Below are positions 17,630 to 27,314 of a stretch of DNA of 55,077 nucleotides, piece by piece. The notes below the pieces were generated by a model. It made no database searches. It was not told where the DNA came from and worked only from the letters and a program-made list of their open reading frames with translations. The stretch spans positions 1 to 55,077 of IMG/VR virus record IMGVR_UViG_3300027676_000003. One strand, written 5' to 3'. A program made the translations under genes and the position numbers. Positions within the stretch are counted from its first letter, which is position 1, and each line of letters starts with the position of its first letter. The stretch comes from a virus (lineage: Duplodnaviria > Caudoviricetes).

Positions 17630-18351
17630 ACACCAACGCACAGGACAAAGCGAATCCGCCGCCTACCAGGCCACTACATGACTTTGCTGCCACCGAAGAA
17701 ATTTGTACACGGAGAGCCCTCCGAGTCCTTGTCGCCTGCGAATTCTCCGGAATTGTGCGGGATGCGTTTCTTGAAAAAGGCCATGATGCGTGGTCATGCG
17801 ATCTCCTGCCGGCCGAGCACAACAGCAATCGCCATATTCAGTGCGATGTGCGCGACATCCTGAATGACGGCTGGGATTTCCTGATCGTCGCTCACCCGCC
17901 CTGTACCCGCCTATGCAATAGCGGCGTGCGATGGCTACACAAGGCGCCGCCCGGCAAAACCATCGACCAGATGTGGCAGGAACTCCGCGAAGGCGCCGAA
18001 CTGTTTTCCGACCTCTGGAATGCGCCTATCCCTCATATCTGTGTGGAAAATCCAGTCATGCATTCGCACGCCAAGAAGTTGATACGGAATTACGTCGAGT
18101 TTTCGCAGAGCGTGCAACCGTGGCAATTCGGGCATCCCGAGACCAAGCGCACCTGCTTCTGGCTCAAAAACCTTCCACCGCTCCGTCCGACGAATATCGT
18201 CGAGGGCCGCCAACCGCGCGTTCACCGAATGCCGCCGTCACCGGACAGGTGGCGTGAACGGTCGCGGTTTTTTCCGGGAATCGCGAAAGCGATGGCGGAC
18301 CAGTGGGTCGATCCTGCGAGTTGCACAGACACCCAGATGAGGCTGATATGA
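17626..18351 (+). CDS. short phage C5-methyltransferase-like protein
   Basis: RVLVACEFSG, WSCDL, AHPPCT, VENP, GIAKAMADQW. Confidence 0.8.
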   Translation: MNTNAQDKANPPPTRPLHDFAATEEICTRRALRVLVACEFSGIVRDAFLEKGHDAWSCDLLPAEHNSNRHIQCDVRDILNDGWDFLIVAHPPCTRLCNSGVRWLHKAPPGKTIDQMWQELREGAELFSDLWNAPIPHICVENPVMHSHAKKLIRNYVEFSQSVQPWQFGHPETKRTCFWLKNLPPLRPTNIVEGRQPRVHRMPPSPDRWRERSRFFPGIAKAMADQWVDPASCTDTQMRLI

Positions 18352-18538
18352 CATCCTTCGCAGATCAGGCAAAGCCGCCCCCTCGCAAAATAATTTGCAA
18401 GTTGTTTGGCTTCACCCTTTGTCACCACTCATCCCCAGCTATCACGCTATCTCATTCTGTTTCATCTACTTACATCAGTTCGGCAGGAAACCGCTTAACC
18501 GCAGAACCCGTCACAGACCGCAGATGGAGCGCATTCAT

Positions 18539-19333
18539 ATGACGAAGGGTGATGCGCTTCCATATAGGCGGAAAGAGGTCATCGGATCGTGCGAACTTTA
18601 CCTTGCCAACTGTGTCGATTTGCTGCCCCATATCGGACCCGTTGATCACTGCATTACCGATCCGCCGTATGAAGAAGAGGCGCACACGAAAGGCCGCAGA
18701 CTTCTTGGCAAGCAACGCAACGGGAATCGCACGGTCGAGTACGGCGCACTCGATTTCGAGCCGATCGCCGAGAACTTGCGCAAGACGTTCGCAAGCCAGG
18801 TGAAAGTCATATGCTCCGGATGGGTGCTTGCGTTTTGCCAGGCCGAGGCAATTGGAGAGTGGCGAGCGGTACTCACCGAAGCAGGATGCAAGTGGAAGCG
18901 CGCGATGATCTGGACGAAGCCGGACGGGGCTCCTCAATTTACCGGGGACAGGCCGGGCATGGGCTATGAAAGCATTGCCGCGGCGTGGGCTGGCGAAGGC
19001 CGCTCTTCGTGGAATGGCGGCGGTCGACATGGTGTTTTCGTTCATGCGCAACGGGACGATAATCTCCCAAAACAACACATGACGCAAAAGCCCATCCGGC
19101 TCATGCTGGAGTTGGTGAACCTGTTTACCGACCCCGGCGAAACCGTCCTCGACCCGTTCATGGGCAGTGGCACGACACTAGTTGCCTGCTCCAAGCTGGG
19201 CCGCAGGGGTATCGGAGTCGAAATTTCCGAGCAGTATTTCGATATCGCCGTGAAACGTGTCAGGGATGGATACGCACAACCGAGCTTGTTTTCCCCGCCG
19301 GCATCGCCCATGATGCAGGAGACGCTTATTTAG
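18539..19333 (+). CDS. N6-adenine/N4-cytosine DNA methyltransferase, beta class
   Basis: ITDPPY, H.TQKP, VLDPFMGSGTT. Confidence 0.92.
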   Translation: MTKGDALPYRRKEVIGSCELYLANCVDLLPHIGPVDHCITDPPYEEEAHTKGRRLLGKQRNGNRTVEYGALDFEPIAENLRKTFASQVKVICSGWVLAFCQAEAIGEWRAVLTEAGCKWKRAMIWTKPDGAPQFTGDRPGMGYESIAAAWAGEGRSSWNGGGRHGVFVHAQRDDNLPKQHMTQKPIRLMLELVNLFTDPGETVLDPFMGSGTTLVACSKLGRRGIGVEISEQYFDIAVKRVRDGYAQPSLFSPPASPMMQETLI

Positions 19334-20088
19334 CTACTGGCTGGAGACTGCTTGTCCTTGCCAGAATCGAGGCCGGATATCTTTGGCGAATTCAGTCTGA
19401 CATCTCTCGTGTCACCAATTGACTCTCTTGAGCGGCGCAATTGCCTTTGAAGAGTGTATCCCACCATAGCTGCTGCCAACGTCGAAAGCGCGACGAGCGC
19501 AGGTAAGAAGACATCAAAGTGATCGCCAATCTTCGCCTCTGCACTGGGCAGTTTCCGCGAATTAAGGTATGCGAAAACCGTCATTGAGGCCGTCAACAGT
19601 CCGGCCATCACGCTCAACATTGACACATAGCGTTGGCGTAGCTCTGCCGATCTGCCCCTCTCCACAATTTCCATCGTGGCCTTCTCGGCGATCCGAACCA
19701 GAGTCTCACGTGGCGGCTCGACCATTGTGGACAGCTGCTCGCAAAACTCTGACTTCTTTCCCGAGGAGATGAAGCTGGAATCCATTACTTCTTTTATAAG
19801 CTCTTCGGACAACTGCTGTATCGTATAGATGTCACCGACATCGATACTGTAACGTCTCGCCGTAGAATGCCGCAACGCCTCGATTACTTGGCCTGACGGT
19901 ATTTGGCCTTCGGAGATACCGGGACGAATAGCATATATTACGTCTCGGTTTGCCCCAGCGACCTTCTGAAGGTACTCTCTGTCCTCTTTCTTGCTCAGAA
20001 AAAGGCGGGAAAGCCACGTAACGACGAGACCGCTAAGAATTCCGCCGCCAATCCCGATGAACCACGGATTGTTAAGCATTTGCCACAT
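19330..20088 (-). CDS. membrane protein (1 N-terminal and 2 C-terminal TM), last gene of defence cassette
   Basis: Three hydrophobic segments; 12 bp downstream of the CD-NTase. Confidence 0.75.
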   Translation of the reverse strand: MWQMLNNPWFIGIGGGILSGLVVTWLSRLFLSKKEDREYLQKVAGANRDVIYAIRPGISEGQIPSGQVIEALRHSTARRYSIDVGDIYTIQQLSEELIKEVMDSSFISSGKKSEFCEQLSTMVEPPRETLVRIAEKATMEIVERGRSAELRQRYVSMLSVMAGLLTASMTVFAYLNSRKLPSAEAKIGDHFDVFLPALVALSTLAAAMVGYTLQRQLRRSRESIGDTRDVRLNSPKISGLDSGKDKQSPASS

Positions 20089-20100
20089 TGTCGTGTCCGA

Positions 20101-21639
20101 CTAAGCGATATTCACCAGAAACGGATCGCTCCACCCAACGCAGTATCCATCTTTCACTATGAAGCACTGAATACTGTGAGTCCCTTTGAATCGAGTAGGC
20201 TCCCTCCTTACCAGCCTTCCTTCTTCGATGGCCGTCTCCTCAAATCTCCCGCGCAGTTGGTTGGCATTCCTCGCCTCAACTCCAGTGTTTACGACCTGCC
20301 AATAAACCTTGAATGGCCGCAGCACGTCTGTCTCGGCGACAAACTTAAGCTTAACATTCTTAGGAACAGCAGGTCCGTTGCTTTCAAAAGGTGTCGGTCG
20401 GAATCCATCACGCTCTACTAACGCAGAAACAATATTCACAGCCCCGTAGGGCACCTTCGGCCAAATAATGGGTTTCCTGTGCGGCGCATCGAGAATTCTC
20501 TGGAGCGCGCCGGCGGATTTACGAACCAAGGACTTTTCGAGCAGCGCACGGTGTCGTCTTCGTGCAGCTTTTTCAAGAATGTCGCGCCCTATGCGTGGTG
20601 ACAACGCCTCGATAAAGCCCTCAATATCATTTTGCTCCGCTGCCGTATTAAAGTCAGCGCGAACGGTTTCGAGCCAGTCATAGAAGGCATCTTTTCGCTT
20701 TGGCTCATCTTTCCACGCATCGGCGAAGTTCTCTCGTGGATCAGAAGGATTCGGAATCCAATACTGCCCGTTCCGAACCTTGATGTAGTCTTCCATCCTC
20801 GTCAGGATGCTCAACAATGCACCCGTTATATTCGCTTCTTGTTGATAGGCTGCCGCCGCAAGAGTGCTTATAACTATCGATGTCGGACGCCCATCGGCGT
20901 CTTCGGAAAATCGTACGTTCCTGTGGTGCTTTAATATCTGGATGGCTGCCTGTAAAGGAGTCTTTACCCGAAATGCCGGGATTTCCGCTACGGATGCCCG
21001 CTTTTCCATGAGCATCATAGCTCGCCGTTTGGCCTCGAAAGTGGTCTTCATTCGCTCGTAGAACCACTCTGCATAGCCATTCGGATTGCTAACTGGCCAG
21101 TCATCGGTGAGCCGAACATAATTCGGGTGCTGTTTGTCCGTTATCGATACTGATTTCTCGACGAACGCTTGAGATAGCGAAGCTTCTACCCGAAGGCGCC
21201 GCTGCCGCTGCCCATCCGGTACGCAGGGCAGTAGATCCATATGGAATTGCGCCTCGTCAGCATAATTCAATGTCCAGCACCTGTCCCACCCCGCCGGAGT
21301 TTCCATGCTGTGGGCATCCGAATACAGCCCTAACTCATAACCCAGATCATCGAACAGTTTCTTTTGAGTGGTCAAAAGCTTGTTCTTGGAAAATTCGCAC
21401 ACAATATCCAGGTCATAGTCTTCTCTGCCGTCAAAGGGCCTGATGGCTGTACCCAGCCTGAACGACCCTTGTATGTACACATTGAAAGTGGTGCTAGCGA
21501 AGCGCGAGCCAGGTCGATCTAGCCAATCGCTGACGGACTTATAGCTGCGCTCCGCGGATTCGTATCGGCTTGGTGGAACATCGAGAGTGTCGGCAAGATC
21601 TGAGATTAGGTCTTCAGCCGTCTTTGTCAGGTTTGCCAT
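20101..21639 (-). CDS. CD-NTase (SMODS) with C-terminal AGS-C domain
   Basis: QGSFRLGTAIRP...DYDLD; NPSDPRENFADAW; VYWQVVNTG.EA...LRG.F, GTHSIQCFIVKDG. Confidence 0.9.
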   Translation of the reverse strand: MANLTKTAEDLISDLADTLDVPPSRYESAERSYKSVSDWLDRPGSRFASTTFNVYIQGSFRLGTAIRPFDGREDYDLDIVCEFSKNKLLTTQKKLFDDLGYELGLYSDAHSMETPAGWDRCWTLNYADEAQFHMDLLPCVPDGQRQRRLRVEASLSQAFVEKSVSITDKQHPNYVRLTDDWPVSNPNGYAEWFYERMKTTFEAKRRAMMLMEKRASVAEIPAFRVKTPLQAAIQILKHHRNVRFSEDADGRPTSIVISTLAAAAYQQEANITGALLSILTRMEDYIKVRNGQYWIPNPSDPRENFADAWKDEPKRKDAFYDWLETVRADFNTAAEQNDIEGFIEALSPRIGRDILEKAARRRHRALLEKSLVRKSAGALQRILDAPHRKPIIWPKVPYGAVNIVSALVERDGFRPTPFESNGPAVPKNVKLKFVAETDVLRPFKVYWQVVNTGVEARNANQLRGRFEETAIEEGRLVRREPTRFKGTHSIQCFIVKDGYCVGWSDPFLVNIA

Positions 21640-22192
21640 TGTTTGTTTTTCGGAGCGCTTCCGGAACGAACTTGTCGATCTCTTCCGCCGAAAAAGTATA
21701 CTCTTCACAGTCTTTCAGCGCTTTCTGCGCCGCGCTGTATGCTTTTCCGTTCGTTTGAGGCGCGCCCTTGTAAATCGCGGCTAGCCGAGTTTGAAGAGCA
21801 TCGCGACGTTTGATCGCGTCCTTATCGTCTAACGATTTCATCCGAAGCTCTGCCAATAATGACAAATAGGATTCGCGTATATCCCACAGGCTTGCAGCGG
21901 CATCACGATGCTTTTGCGCCGTGGCCCCTGGGTCGAAATTCTTCACGTAGCCGGCCAGCCAGGCGCTAAAAATTGAAATTATCGCCGTTACGATTCGCAT
22001 CCAAAACTTATCGGCCAGAAGCGTCGATAGGGCACCAGCCGCTGTGACTGACGATGCGAAAATCTGCCCGTACTTGTACCATTTGAGCGTTCCAGCGCAC
22101 TGATCCGCCATTTTCTCGTGCGTCTTATGGGTGTATACGACACGACCGAAACATTCTCGGACCTGCTCTTCAAGTGGTGTAAACGGAGCCAT
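21614..22192 (-). CDS. SLATT-family 2-TM CBASS effector
   Basis: RECFGRVVYTHKTHEK, two TM helices, HRDAA..LW.IRESY.SLL; extended -10 TGATATAAT upstream. Confidence 0.85.
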   Translation of the reverse strand: MAPFTPLEEQVRECFGRVVYTHKTHEKMADQCAGTLKWYKYGQIFASSVTAAGALSTLLADKFWMRIVTAIISIFSAWLAGYVKNFDPGATAQKHRDAAASLWDIRESYLSLLAELRMKSLDDKDAIKRRDALQTRLAAIYKGAPQTNGKAYSAAQKALKDCEEYTFSAEEIDKFVPEALRKTNNGKPDKDG

Positions 22193-22444
22193 CGAAAGTG
22201 TTAATTATATCACTGTTCGAAGCGCCTTTCTTCCGGGAACACAGCTAACTGTTGGCCAAGCAGCAGCTTACGGGCTCTTGCCTCACGCGCGCGCGTCATT
22301 ATACGGCTAGCTTTCCTTCGTTCAACATCCAGCGCCGATTTTCTCGCCGCCGTACTTCTCCAAACCACCGTTTGGGCTTGCGAATTGCCCCAGCTGGGGC
22401 ATATTTCCCTTTGACAATTCGCGTGCAGTTGACCTCGGATGCCA

Positions 22445-24211
22445 ATGGATACCAACGCCTACATAGCGTATTTTCGCGTCTCCACTCCCCGCCAAGGCGT
22501 CAGCGGCCTCGGGCTGGAAGCACAACGCGCGGCAGCGCTACGCCATATCGGCGGCAGCCAGCTCATCGCGGAATACACGGACGTGGAAAGCGGCAAGCGG
22601 CATGAGAACCGGCCCCAGCTCAAAGCCGCGCTGGAGCACTGCCGGCGAATACGGGCCACGCTCCTGATAGCCACGCTCGACCGCCTGGCTCGTAAGGTCC
22701 ACTTCATCTCTGGCCTCATGGAAAGCGGCGTCCCGTTCGTCATGGCCGACTTGCCAAACGCCACACCGTTCGAAATCCACATCCGGGCGGCTATGGCGGA
22801 AGAGGAAGGCCGCAAAATCAGCGAGAGGACAAAAGCGGCTCTGGCCGCCGCAAAGGCCCGAGGCGTGAAGCTCGGTAATCCAAGGCTCGATGAAGCCCGT
22901 GCGCGTGCCGCGGAGGCGTTGAAGAAGAACCGCGTGTCAGATTCCACCCTCCGGCTGATGCTGGATCTCCGTGCCAACATGACCCTGCGTCAGGTCGCCG
23001 CGCAGCTCAATGCGTACCAATTCAAGGGCCCGCGCGGCGGAAGATGGCACGCCAGCACCGTTCATCGCACGCTATTGCGCGTAACCACCGAAGCGCTGAA
23101 TGACGGATTGACGCAAAAGCGCTTTGACGCAACCGTCAATCCACGCAATAACGCAACGGCGCTTGAGTGTAGCCACGGAACCACGCAAGAGCGAAACCGC
23201 GCATGCGCTCAAACGTCACACTTGCAGGATCGGGAAATGGCGACTATTCCTCCAGTTTTTAGCCCCAGCGCAGGGCGAGGGCCAAAAACAGGAGGAATGC
23301 CTATGCCGTCAGAGATCCGTGAAGCCGAGCGCATGCTCGATTTGTTCACCAGCGTCGGCGCGCGTGATTTCGTCGTGACGAAGACCGACGTCGAGCAGAA
23401 GCTCAAGTGGGGCAAGACGTATTCGGCGCCAGAACTGCGACGCCTCCTGCCGGCGATGGTTCGCACGGCGGAAATCAGGCATCCGCACCAGCTTGCTACA
23501 GGGGAGACGGTCATGGCCGGCGAGAATCTGATTATCCGGCCGACTGGTCCCGATGCCGTATTTGTACAGCTCGATGACCTGAGCGCCGAGCAGCTTGACC
23601 GCGTCCGGCCGGCGGCATTCATCATCCATGCCACATCACCGGGAAACCATCAATGCTGGATTGCGGTTTCCGGCGTCTCGAAGCTGGAGAGCAAGGATTT
23701 CATTCGGCGCGTGCGGAAGGCTGTAGGAGGAGTTGACGGAGCCGCATCAGGGGCAACGAGAATAGCCGGATCGGAGAATTTTAAGCTGAAGTACGGCCCG
23801 GACTATCCGATGGTCCAGATCGTTTCAGGAGTGCCAGGCCGGGTGATGACGCCGGAGCGCCTGCAGGATATGGGATTGCTTGCGGAGCCGGAGCCGATAA
23901 AGGAAGTGCATTTCGCCCCCCCGCGTGTTTCCACAATTTCAGGACGACAATGGCCCAGCTATGAAAAGGCCCTTGCCGGAGCGCCGCCGAATTCAGAAGG
24001 TACAGGTCCAAGCCGAAGTCATGCGGACTATTGGTTTTGCTTTTTGGCGCAACAGCGGGGCCACGGACTGCAGGAGACAGCCGAGAAGCTGCTGGAATTC
24101 AGCCCGAATGCCAGAGAACGCGCCGCGCGGGGCGATACCGGATATGCTCTAATAACGGCGCAGAACGCCGCTTCGGCTGTGGAGAGAGGGCGAAACCGAG
24201 CGCGTGCTTAG
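22445..24211 (+). CDS. serine recombinase reading in frame into a RepB-type primase
   Basis: [27 protein letters not shown]; no stop before the primase part. Confidence 0.85.
   Translation: MDTNAYIAYFRVSTPRQGVSGLGLEAQRAAALRHIGGSQLIAEYTDVESGKRHENRPQLKAALEHCRRIRATLLIATLDRLARKVHFISGLMESGVPFVMADLPNATPFEIHIRAAMAEEEGRKISERTKAALAAAKARGVKLGNPRLDEARARAAEALKKNRVSDSTLRLMLDLRANMTLRQVAAQLNAYQFKGPRGGRWHASTVHRTLLRVTTEALNDGLTQKRFDATVNPRNNATALECSHGTTQERNRACAQTSHLQDREMATIPPVFSPSAGRGPKTGGMPMPSEIREAERMLDLFTSVGARDFVVTKTDVEQKLKWGKTYSAPELRRLLPAMVRTAEIRHPHQLATGETVMAGENLIIRPTGPDAVFVQLDDLSAEQLDRVRPAAFIIHATSPGNHQCWIAVSGVSKLESKDFIRRVRKAVGGVDGAASGATRIAGSENFKLKYGPDYPMVQIVSGVPGRVMTPERLQDMGLLAEPEPIKEVHFAPPRVSTISGRQWPSYEKALAGAPPNSEGTGPSRSHADYWFCFLAQQRGHGLQETAEKLLEFSPNARERAARGDTGYALITAQNAASAVERGRNRARA
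23103..23188 (+). repeat. 8-bp-phased ACGCAA repeat array
   Basis: ACGCAA at 23111, 23127, 23143, 23151, 23183; ACGGA(A/T) at 23103, 23175. Confidence 0.7.
23303..24211 (+). CDS. RepB-like primase domain protein (internal start)
   Basis: GGAGG RBS 23291-23295; [30 protein letters not shown]. Confidence 0.75.
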   Translation: MPSEIREAERMLDLFTSVGARDFVVTKTDVEQKLKWGKTYSAPELRRLLPAMVRTAEIRHPHQLATGETVMAGENLIIRPTGPDAVFVQLDDLSAEQLDRVRPAAFIIHATSPGNHQCWIAVSGVSKLESKDFIRRVRKAVGGVDGAASGATRIAGSENFKLKYGPDYPMVQIVSGVPGRVMTPERLQDMGLLAEPEPIKEVHFAPPRVSTISGRQWPSYEKALAGAPPNSEGTGPSRSHADYWFCFLAQQRGHGLQETAEKLLEFSPNARERAARGDTGYALITAQNAASAVERGRNRARA

Positions 24212-24218
24212 ACCATTT

Positions 24219-24734
24219 TTACTGGCGCACTAGAATCAAATCCTGGTCGGGAAAGCAGGATTTCTTAAAGTGCGTTTTGATTCTCATTGTTTTTTGATCA
24301 TGGTCAACCATACCAGTCCACGAAACGTCCGAGTCGCATGTACCCCACGTGCCCGACCCACTTCCTGAGAAGACGTTGCCTGATAAGTGAAAGCTAAAAC
24401 CATACGGTGTGCCAACACCATCGCACTTTCCTTCGTCTTGGGAAAATGTGAAGACAGTTCCGCTCCAATTGCCGTTTGCGTCCTTCTGATCTTTCCCATC
24501 GATAGTCCTGACCTGCCAGTTCCCAGCTATTTGCGCGCAACCCCCGCGTCCGCCAAGAATGCATGTAAGTATCAAGACAACGCCCAGAGCAGCCAGCAGG
24601 GCCTGACGCGGCCGAGAGCTTATTACAGGCACTTTCACGCCCAATATTTCCAAGCCGCCACCGATTATCGCTACGATGACGCACGCTAACCCGACCCAGC
24701 ACAACGGCGGCATTGCCGACAGGAAGTCCGACAT
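24219..24734 (-). CDS. 2-TM protein with extracytoplasmic beta domain
   Basis: GGAGG RBS; AIIGGGLEILGVKVP TM hairpin. Confidence 0.7.
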   Translation of the reverse strand: MSDFLSAMPPLCWVGLACVIVAIIGGGLEILGVKVPVISSRPRQALLAALGVVLILTCILGGRGGCAQIAGNWQVRTIDGKDQKDANGNWSGTVFTFSQDEGKCDGVGTPYGFSFHLSGNVFSGSGSGTWGTCDSDVSWTGMVDHDQKTMRIKTHFKKSCFPDQDLILVRQ

Positions 24735-24828
24735 TGTTCCCTCCGACATTAGATTGTTACATTTTTCACATAACAATAGGCTGCCCGCGCAATGCCCAAG
24801 GGGGAGCAAGCATCGCCCAATAACACGC

Positions 24829-24856
24829 TTGACGGTTGCGCTCGCGCCTTTATACT
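24829..24856 (+). promoter_or_regulatory. sigma70-like promoter
   Basis: TTGACG-16-TATACT upstream of 24889. Confidence 0.65.
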
Positions 24857-24888
24857 CGCGCGGCCAAAACAACCAATGGAGGAAAATC

Positions 24889-25176
24889 ATGGCACAATCC
24901 AACGCGGCCCGAACGGCCGACGACGAACCGCAGGGCGGCACCCGTCCGGTGGCGAAGTTCAGGCATGGCGGCATCGAGCTGGCGGTCTGGTCGAATCCAG
25001 GCGAAAGCGGCGCGATGTACAACACCACGATCCGAAACAGCTACAAGGACGAGAAGAGTGGGGAATGGAAGGAGGCGACCAGCTTCAGCCCTACCGATCT
25101 ACTCGTGGTCGGGGAACTCGCCCGCGAGGCATTCGCGGAAATCACCCGCCTGAAGCAGCAGGGCCGCGCTCGCTAA
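24889..25176 (+). CDS. small putative ssDNA-binding protein
   Basis: GGAGG RBS; I..AVW.N...RNSYKD..GEWK...SF...DL pattern. Confidence 0.65.
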   Translation: MAQSNAARTADDEPQGGTRPVAKFRHGGIELAVWSNPGESGAMYNTTIRNSYKDEKSGEWKEATSFSPTDLLVVGELAREAFAEITRLKQQGRAR

Positions 25177-25201
25177 ATTCACGAAGGGGAGGGCCGCTGA
25201 C

Positions 25202-25444
25202 TCAGTGGCCCGTTCTCTTGAGTCGCACGCCGGGCTGGCCGTCATCCAGGAACTCGACTCCGACCTTTTCGAGCGTCCCGGTGATTTTGGCAAGCGTATC
25301 GGTCCTCGCCACGACCGGGCCATCAAATCCTTCCATTCGCTTCACAGTTCCCAAGGCTACCCGTGATTTCTTGGAAAGCTCGATTTGCGTCCAGCCAACG
25401 AGGGCGCGCGCGGCGCGTATGTGCCTGCCAGTTATGGAGATCAA
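25202..25444 (-). CDS. XRE-family HTH regulator
   Basis: ITGRHIRAARALVGWTQ.EL...LEKVGVEF. Confidence 0.85.
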   Translation of the reverse strand: MISITGRHIRAARALVGWTQIELSKKSRVALGTVKRMEGFDGPVVARTDTLAKITGTLEKVGVEFLDDGQPGVRLKRTGH

Positions 25445-25540
25445 AGCCCGACGCTACCACGAACGGCACCGCAAGCCCAAACAAATGAACTAGATAGCCA
25501 ACGTATTGTACTTTTTGGACATTCATGCGATCCTGATCGC

Positions 25541-26902
25541 ATGCCAAGACCACATCCAGCGCCTGCCCTGCTGGCAGTCATTTTCTGTTTCTGCGCGACT
25601 TCGCTTTACGCGCAGCCGACAATCGCAAACGGCTCCTTTGAAACCCCAAATCTCGGCGCGTGCCCCAACCTTGTCGTCGCTCCGCCCGGATCGTCATGGA
25701 CCTTCGTAAACAGCGCCGGGATCACCTCCACCGGATGCAACCTCCTGTTCGCAATCGTTCCCCCTCCGCCCGGAGGCGGGCAGCAGGAGGCGTTTCTCCA
25801 AGCCGGCTCCGAGAGCGCAGGCGTGATTTCCAGCGTTAACACCGCCGCCGTCACTCAAACGGTTACCGGCTTTGAGGCCGGGCACTCCTACACCATCTCT
25901 TTCTATGCCGCCGGCCATGCCGAGGGCGTCAATTGCAACGACAACTGCACCGAACTCAACTTTTCGGTGATGGTCGGATCGACGGACGTGCTCGACGTAT
26001 CCAATCCGCCGACCGCTGCCTTTCAGCAATACACCACCGGCTCGTTCACGGCATCCGGCAGCGCCGAAATCGGCTTCTTTGGGAGCGCTCCCACCGGCGT
26101 CAATGCCATTTCATTCATCGATCTCGTAAGCATCCAGGATCTTGGACTGTCGTCGTTGCCCTCCATTGGCTCGGGCGGCGTTGTGAGCGCGAGCGCTTTC
26201 GGCGAGTTCACTTCCGCCGCTCCGGGGACGTGGATTGAGATTTACGGCACCAACCTCGCGACCGAAACGGCCAGCTGGACCGGAGCTGACTTCAACGGCA
26301 TCAACGCCCCGACCTCGCTCGACGGCACCTATGTCACCATCGCTGGAATACAGGCTTTCGTTGACTTCATCAGCCCCGGCCAGGTCAACGCCCTCATTCC
26401 GTCCAATGTTCCAACCGGCCAGCAACAGCTCACCGTCACCACGCCTGCCGGAACCAGCGCGCCCTACAACCTCACCATCAATGCCGTAGAACCCGGACTC
26501 CTCGCTCCCCCGAATTTTAACGTGGGCGGCACGCAGTACGTCGTGGCGCAGTTTGCCAATGGCACTTATGCACTGCCTACCGGCGCCATTGCCGGGCTTA
26601 CCTCGCGGCCCGCCGAGGCGGGCGACATCCTCGTTATTTACGGCGTAGGCTTCGGGCCGGTAACACCGGATATCCCCGCAGGCCAGCTCGTTCAGGAGGC
26701 GAACACCCTGGCCTCCGATTTCAGCATTTCCATCGGCGGAGTGCAGTGTCAGGTCGAGTACGATGGCCTCGCCCCCGGATACACCGGCCTGTATCAGCTA
26801 AATGTCGTCGTTCCGTCCGGAATTCCGAGCGGGCCAGCGCCTCTTACCCTGACCGTTGACGGGGTTTCAGGAACGCAGACGCTCCTTGTCGCTATCGAGT
26901 GA
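25541..26902 (+). CDS. secreted IPT/TIG protein with Solibacter-type (TIGR03437-like) C-terminal domain
   Basis: Signal peptide; APGTWIEIYGTNL, ISPGQVNALIP, GLAPGYTGLYQLNVVVP. Confidence 0.85.
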   Translation: MPRPHPAPALLAVIFCFCATSLYAQPTIANGSFETPNLGACPNLVVAPPGSSWTFVNSAGITSTGCNLLFAIVPPPPGGGQQEAFLQAGSESAGVISSVNTAAVTQTVTGFEAGHSYTISFYAAGHAEGVNCNDNCTELNFSVMVGSTDVLDVSNPPTAAFQQYTTGSFTASGSAEIGFFGSAPTGVNAISFIDLVSIQDLGLSSLPSIGSGGVVSASAFGEFTSAAPGTWIEIYGTNLATETASWTGADFNGINAPTSLDGTYVTIAGIQAFVDFISPGQVNALIPSNVPTGQQQLTVTTPAGTSAPYNLTINAVEPGLLAPPNFNVGGTQYVVAQFANGTYALPTGAIAGLTSRPAEAGDILVIYGVGFGPVTPDIPAGQLVQEANTLASDFSISIGGVQCQVEYDGLAPGYTGLYQLNVVVPSGIPSGPAPLTLTVDGVSGTQTLLVAIE

Positions 26903-26911
26903 GGAGGAACC

Positions 26912-27112
26912 ATGGAAAAGCAACCAGAAGAGAAACCTTGGGGGCCGGTCGAATACGGCCTGACAGGAGCAGGCATCGGCGCTGCCGGAGTAGGAAGCTC
27001 CATCGGGCTCATCGGACTTTCGACCGGACTCGCTGCGCTACCCGTGTCAGTCGTCGTGGGTGTCGTTGGCGGACTCGCGTGGTGGGCCGTCAAAACGATT
27101 GCCAGCGAATGA
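26912..27112 (+). CDS. small glycine-zipper membrane protein
   Basis: GAGGAGG RBS; GxxxG repeats. Confidence 0.7.
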   Translation: MEKQPEEKPWGPVEYGLTGAGIGAAGVGSSIGLIGLSTGLAALPVSVVVGVVGGLAWWAVKTIASE

Positions 27113-27142
27113 AGGATCGTGTTCGAACTTAATCCGTTGAAG

Positions 27143-27297
27143 GCAAGCCCTCGCTTCCCCGGCGCGATAGCAGGCCGTGCTCCCGCGTCAATGACGGTTC
27201 TCGACTTCCGCACCAGCGACCGGGAAGTCTGCGAGCCTATGACGCGCTGCACTCGGCCCGCTAAAAGTGCGCCGAAGCGAGGCCATCCCGGCCTTGC
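27143..27297. other. long imperfect inverted repeat (about 150-nt hairpin)
   Basis: Nested pairs cctcgctt/aagcgagg, cggcgc/gcgccg, tagc/gcta, ggccg/cggcc, cgcgtca/tgacgcg, acttcc/ggaagt. Confidence 0.8.
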
Positions 27298-27314
27298 ACG
27301 ACACAGAGGCCTGC

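Larger units (their letters stand above)
1..19333. mobile_element. lambdoid-type prophage early/immunity region
   Basis: cro/cI switch, RecET, RusA, methylases, coupled small ORFs. Confidence 0.88.

Noticed and set aside
18348-18542. 64-aa ORF coupled between two methylases
   Set aside because: ATGA overlaps fit, but composition is unconvincing; left uncalled
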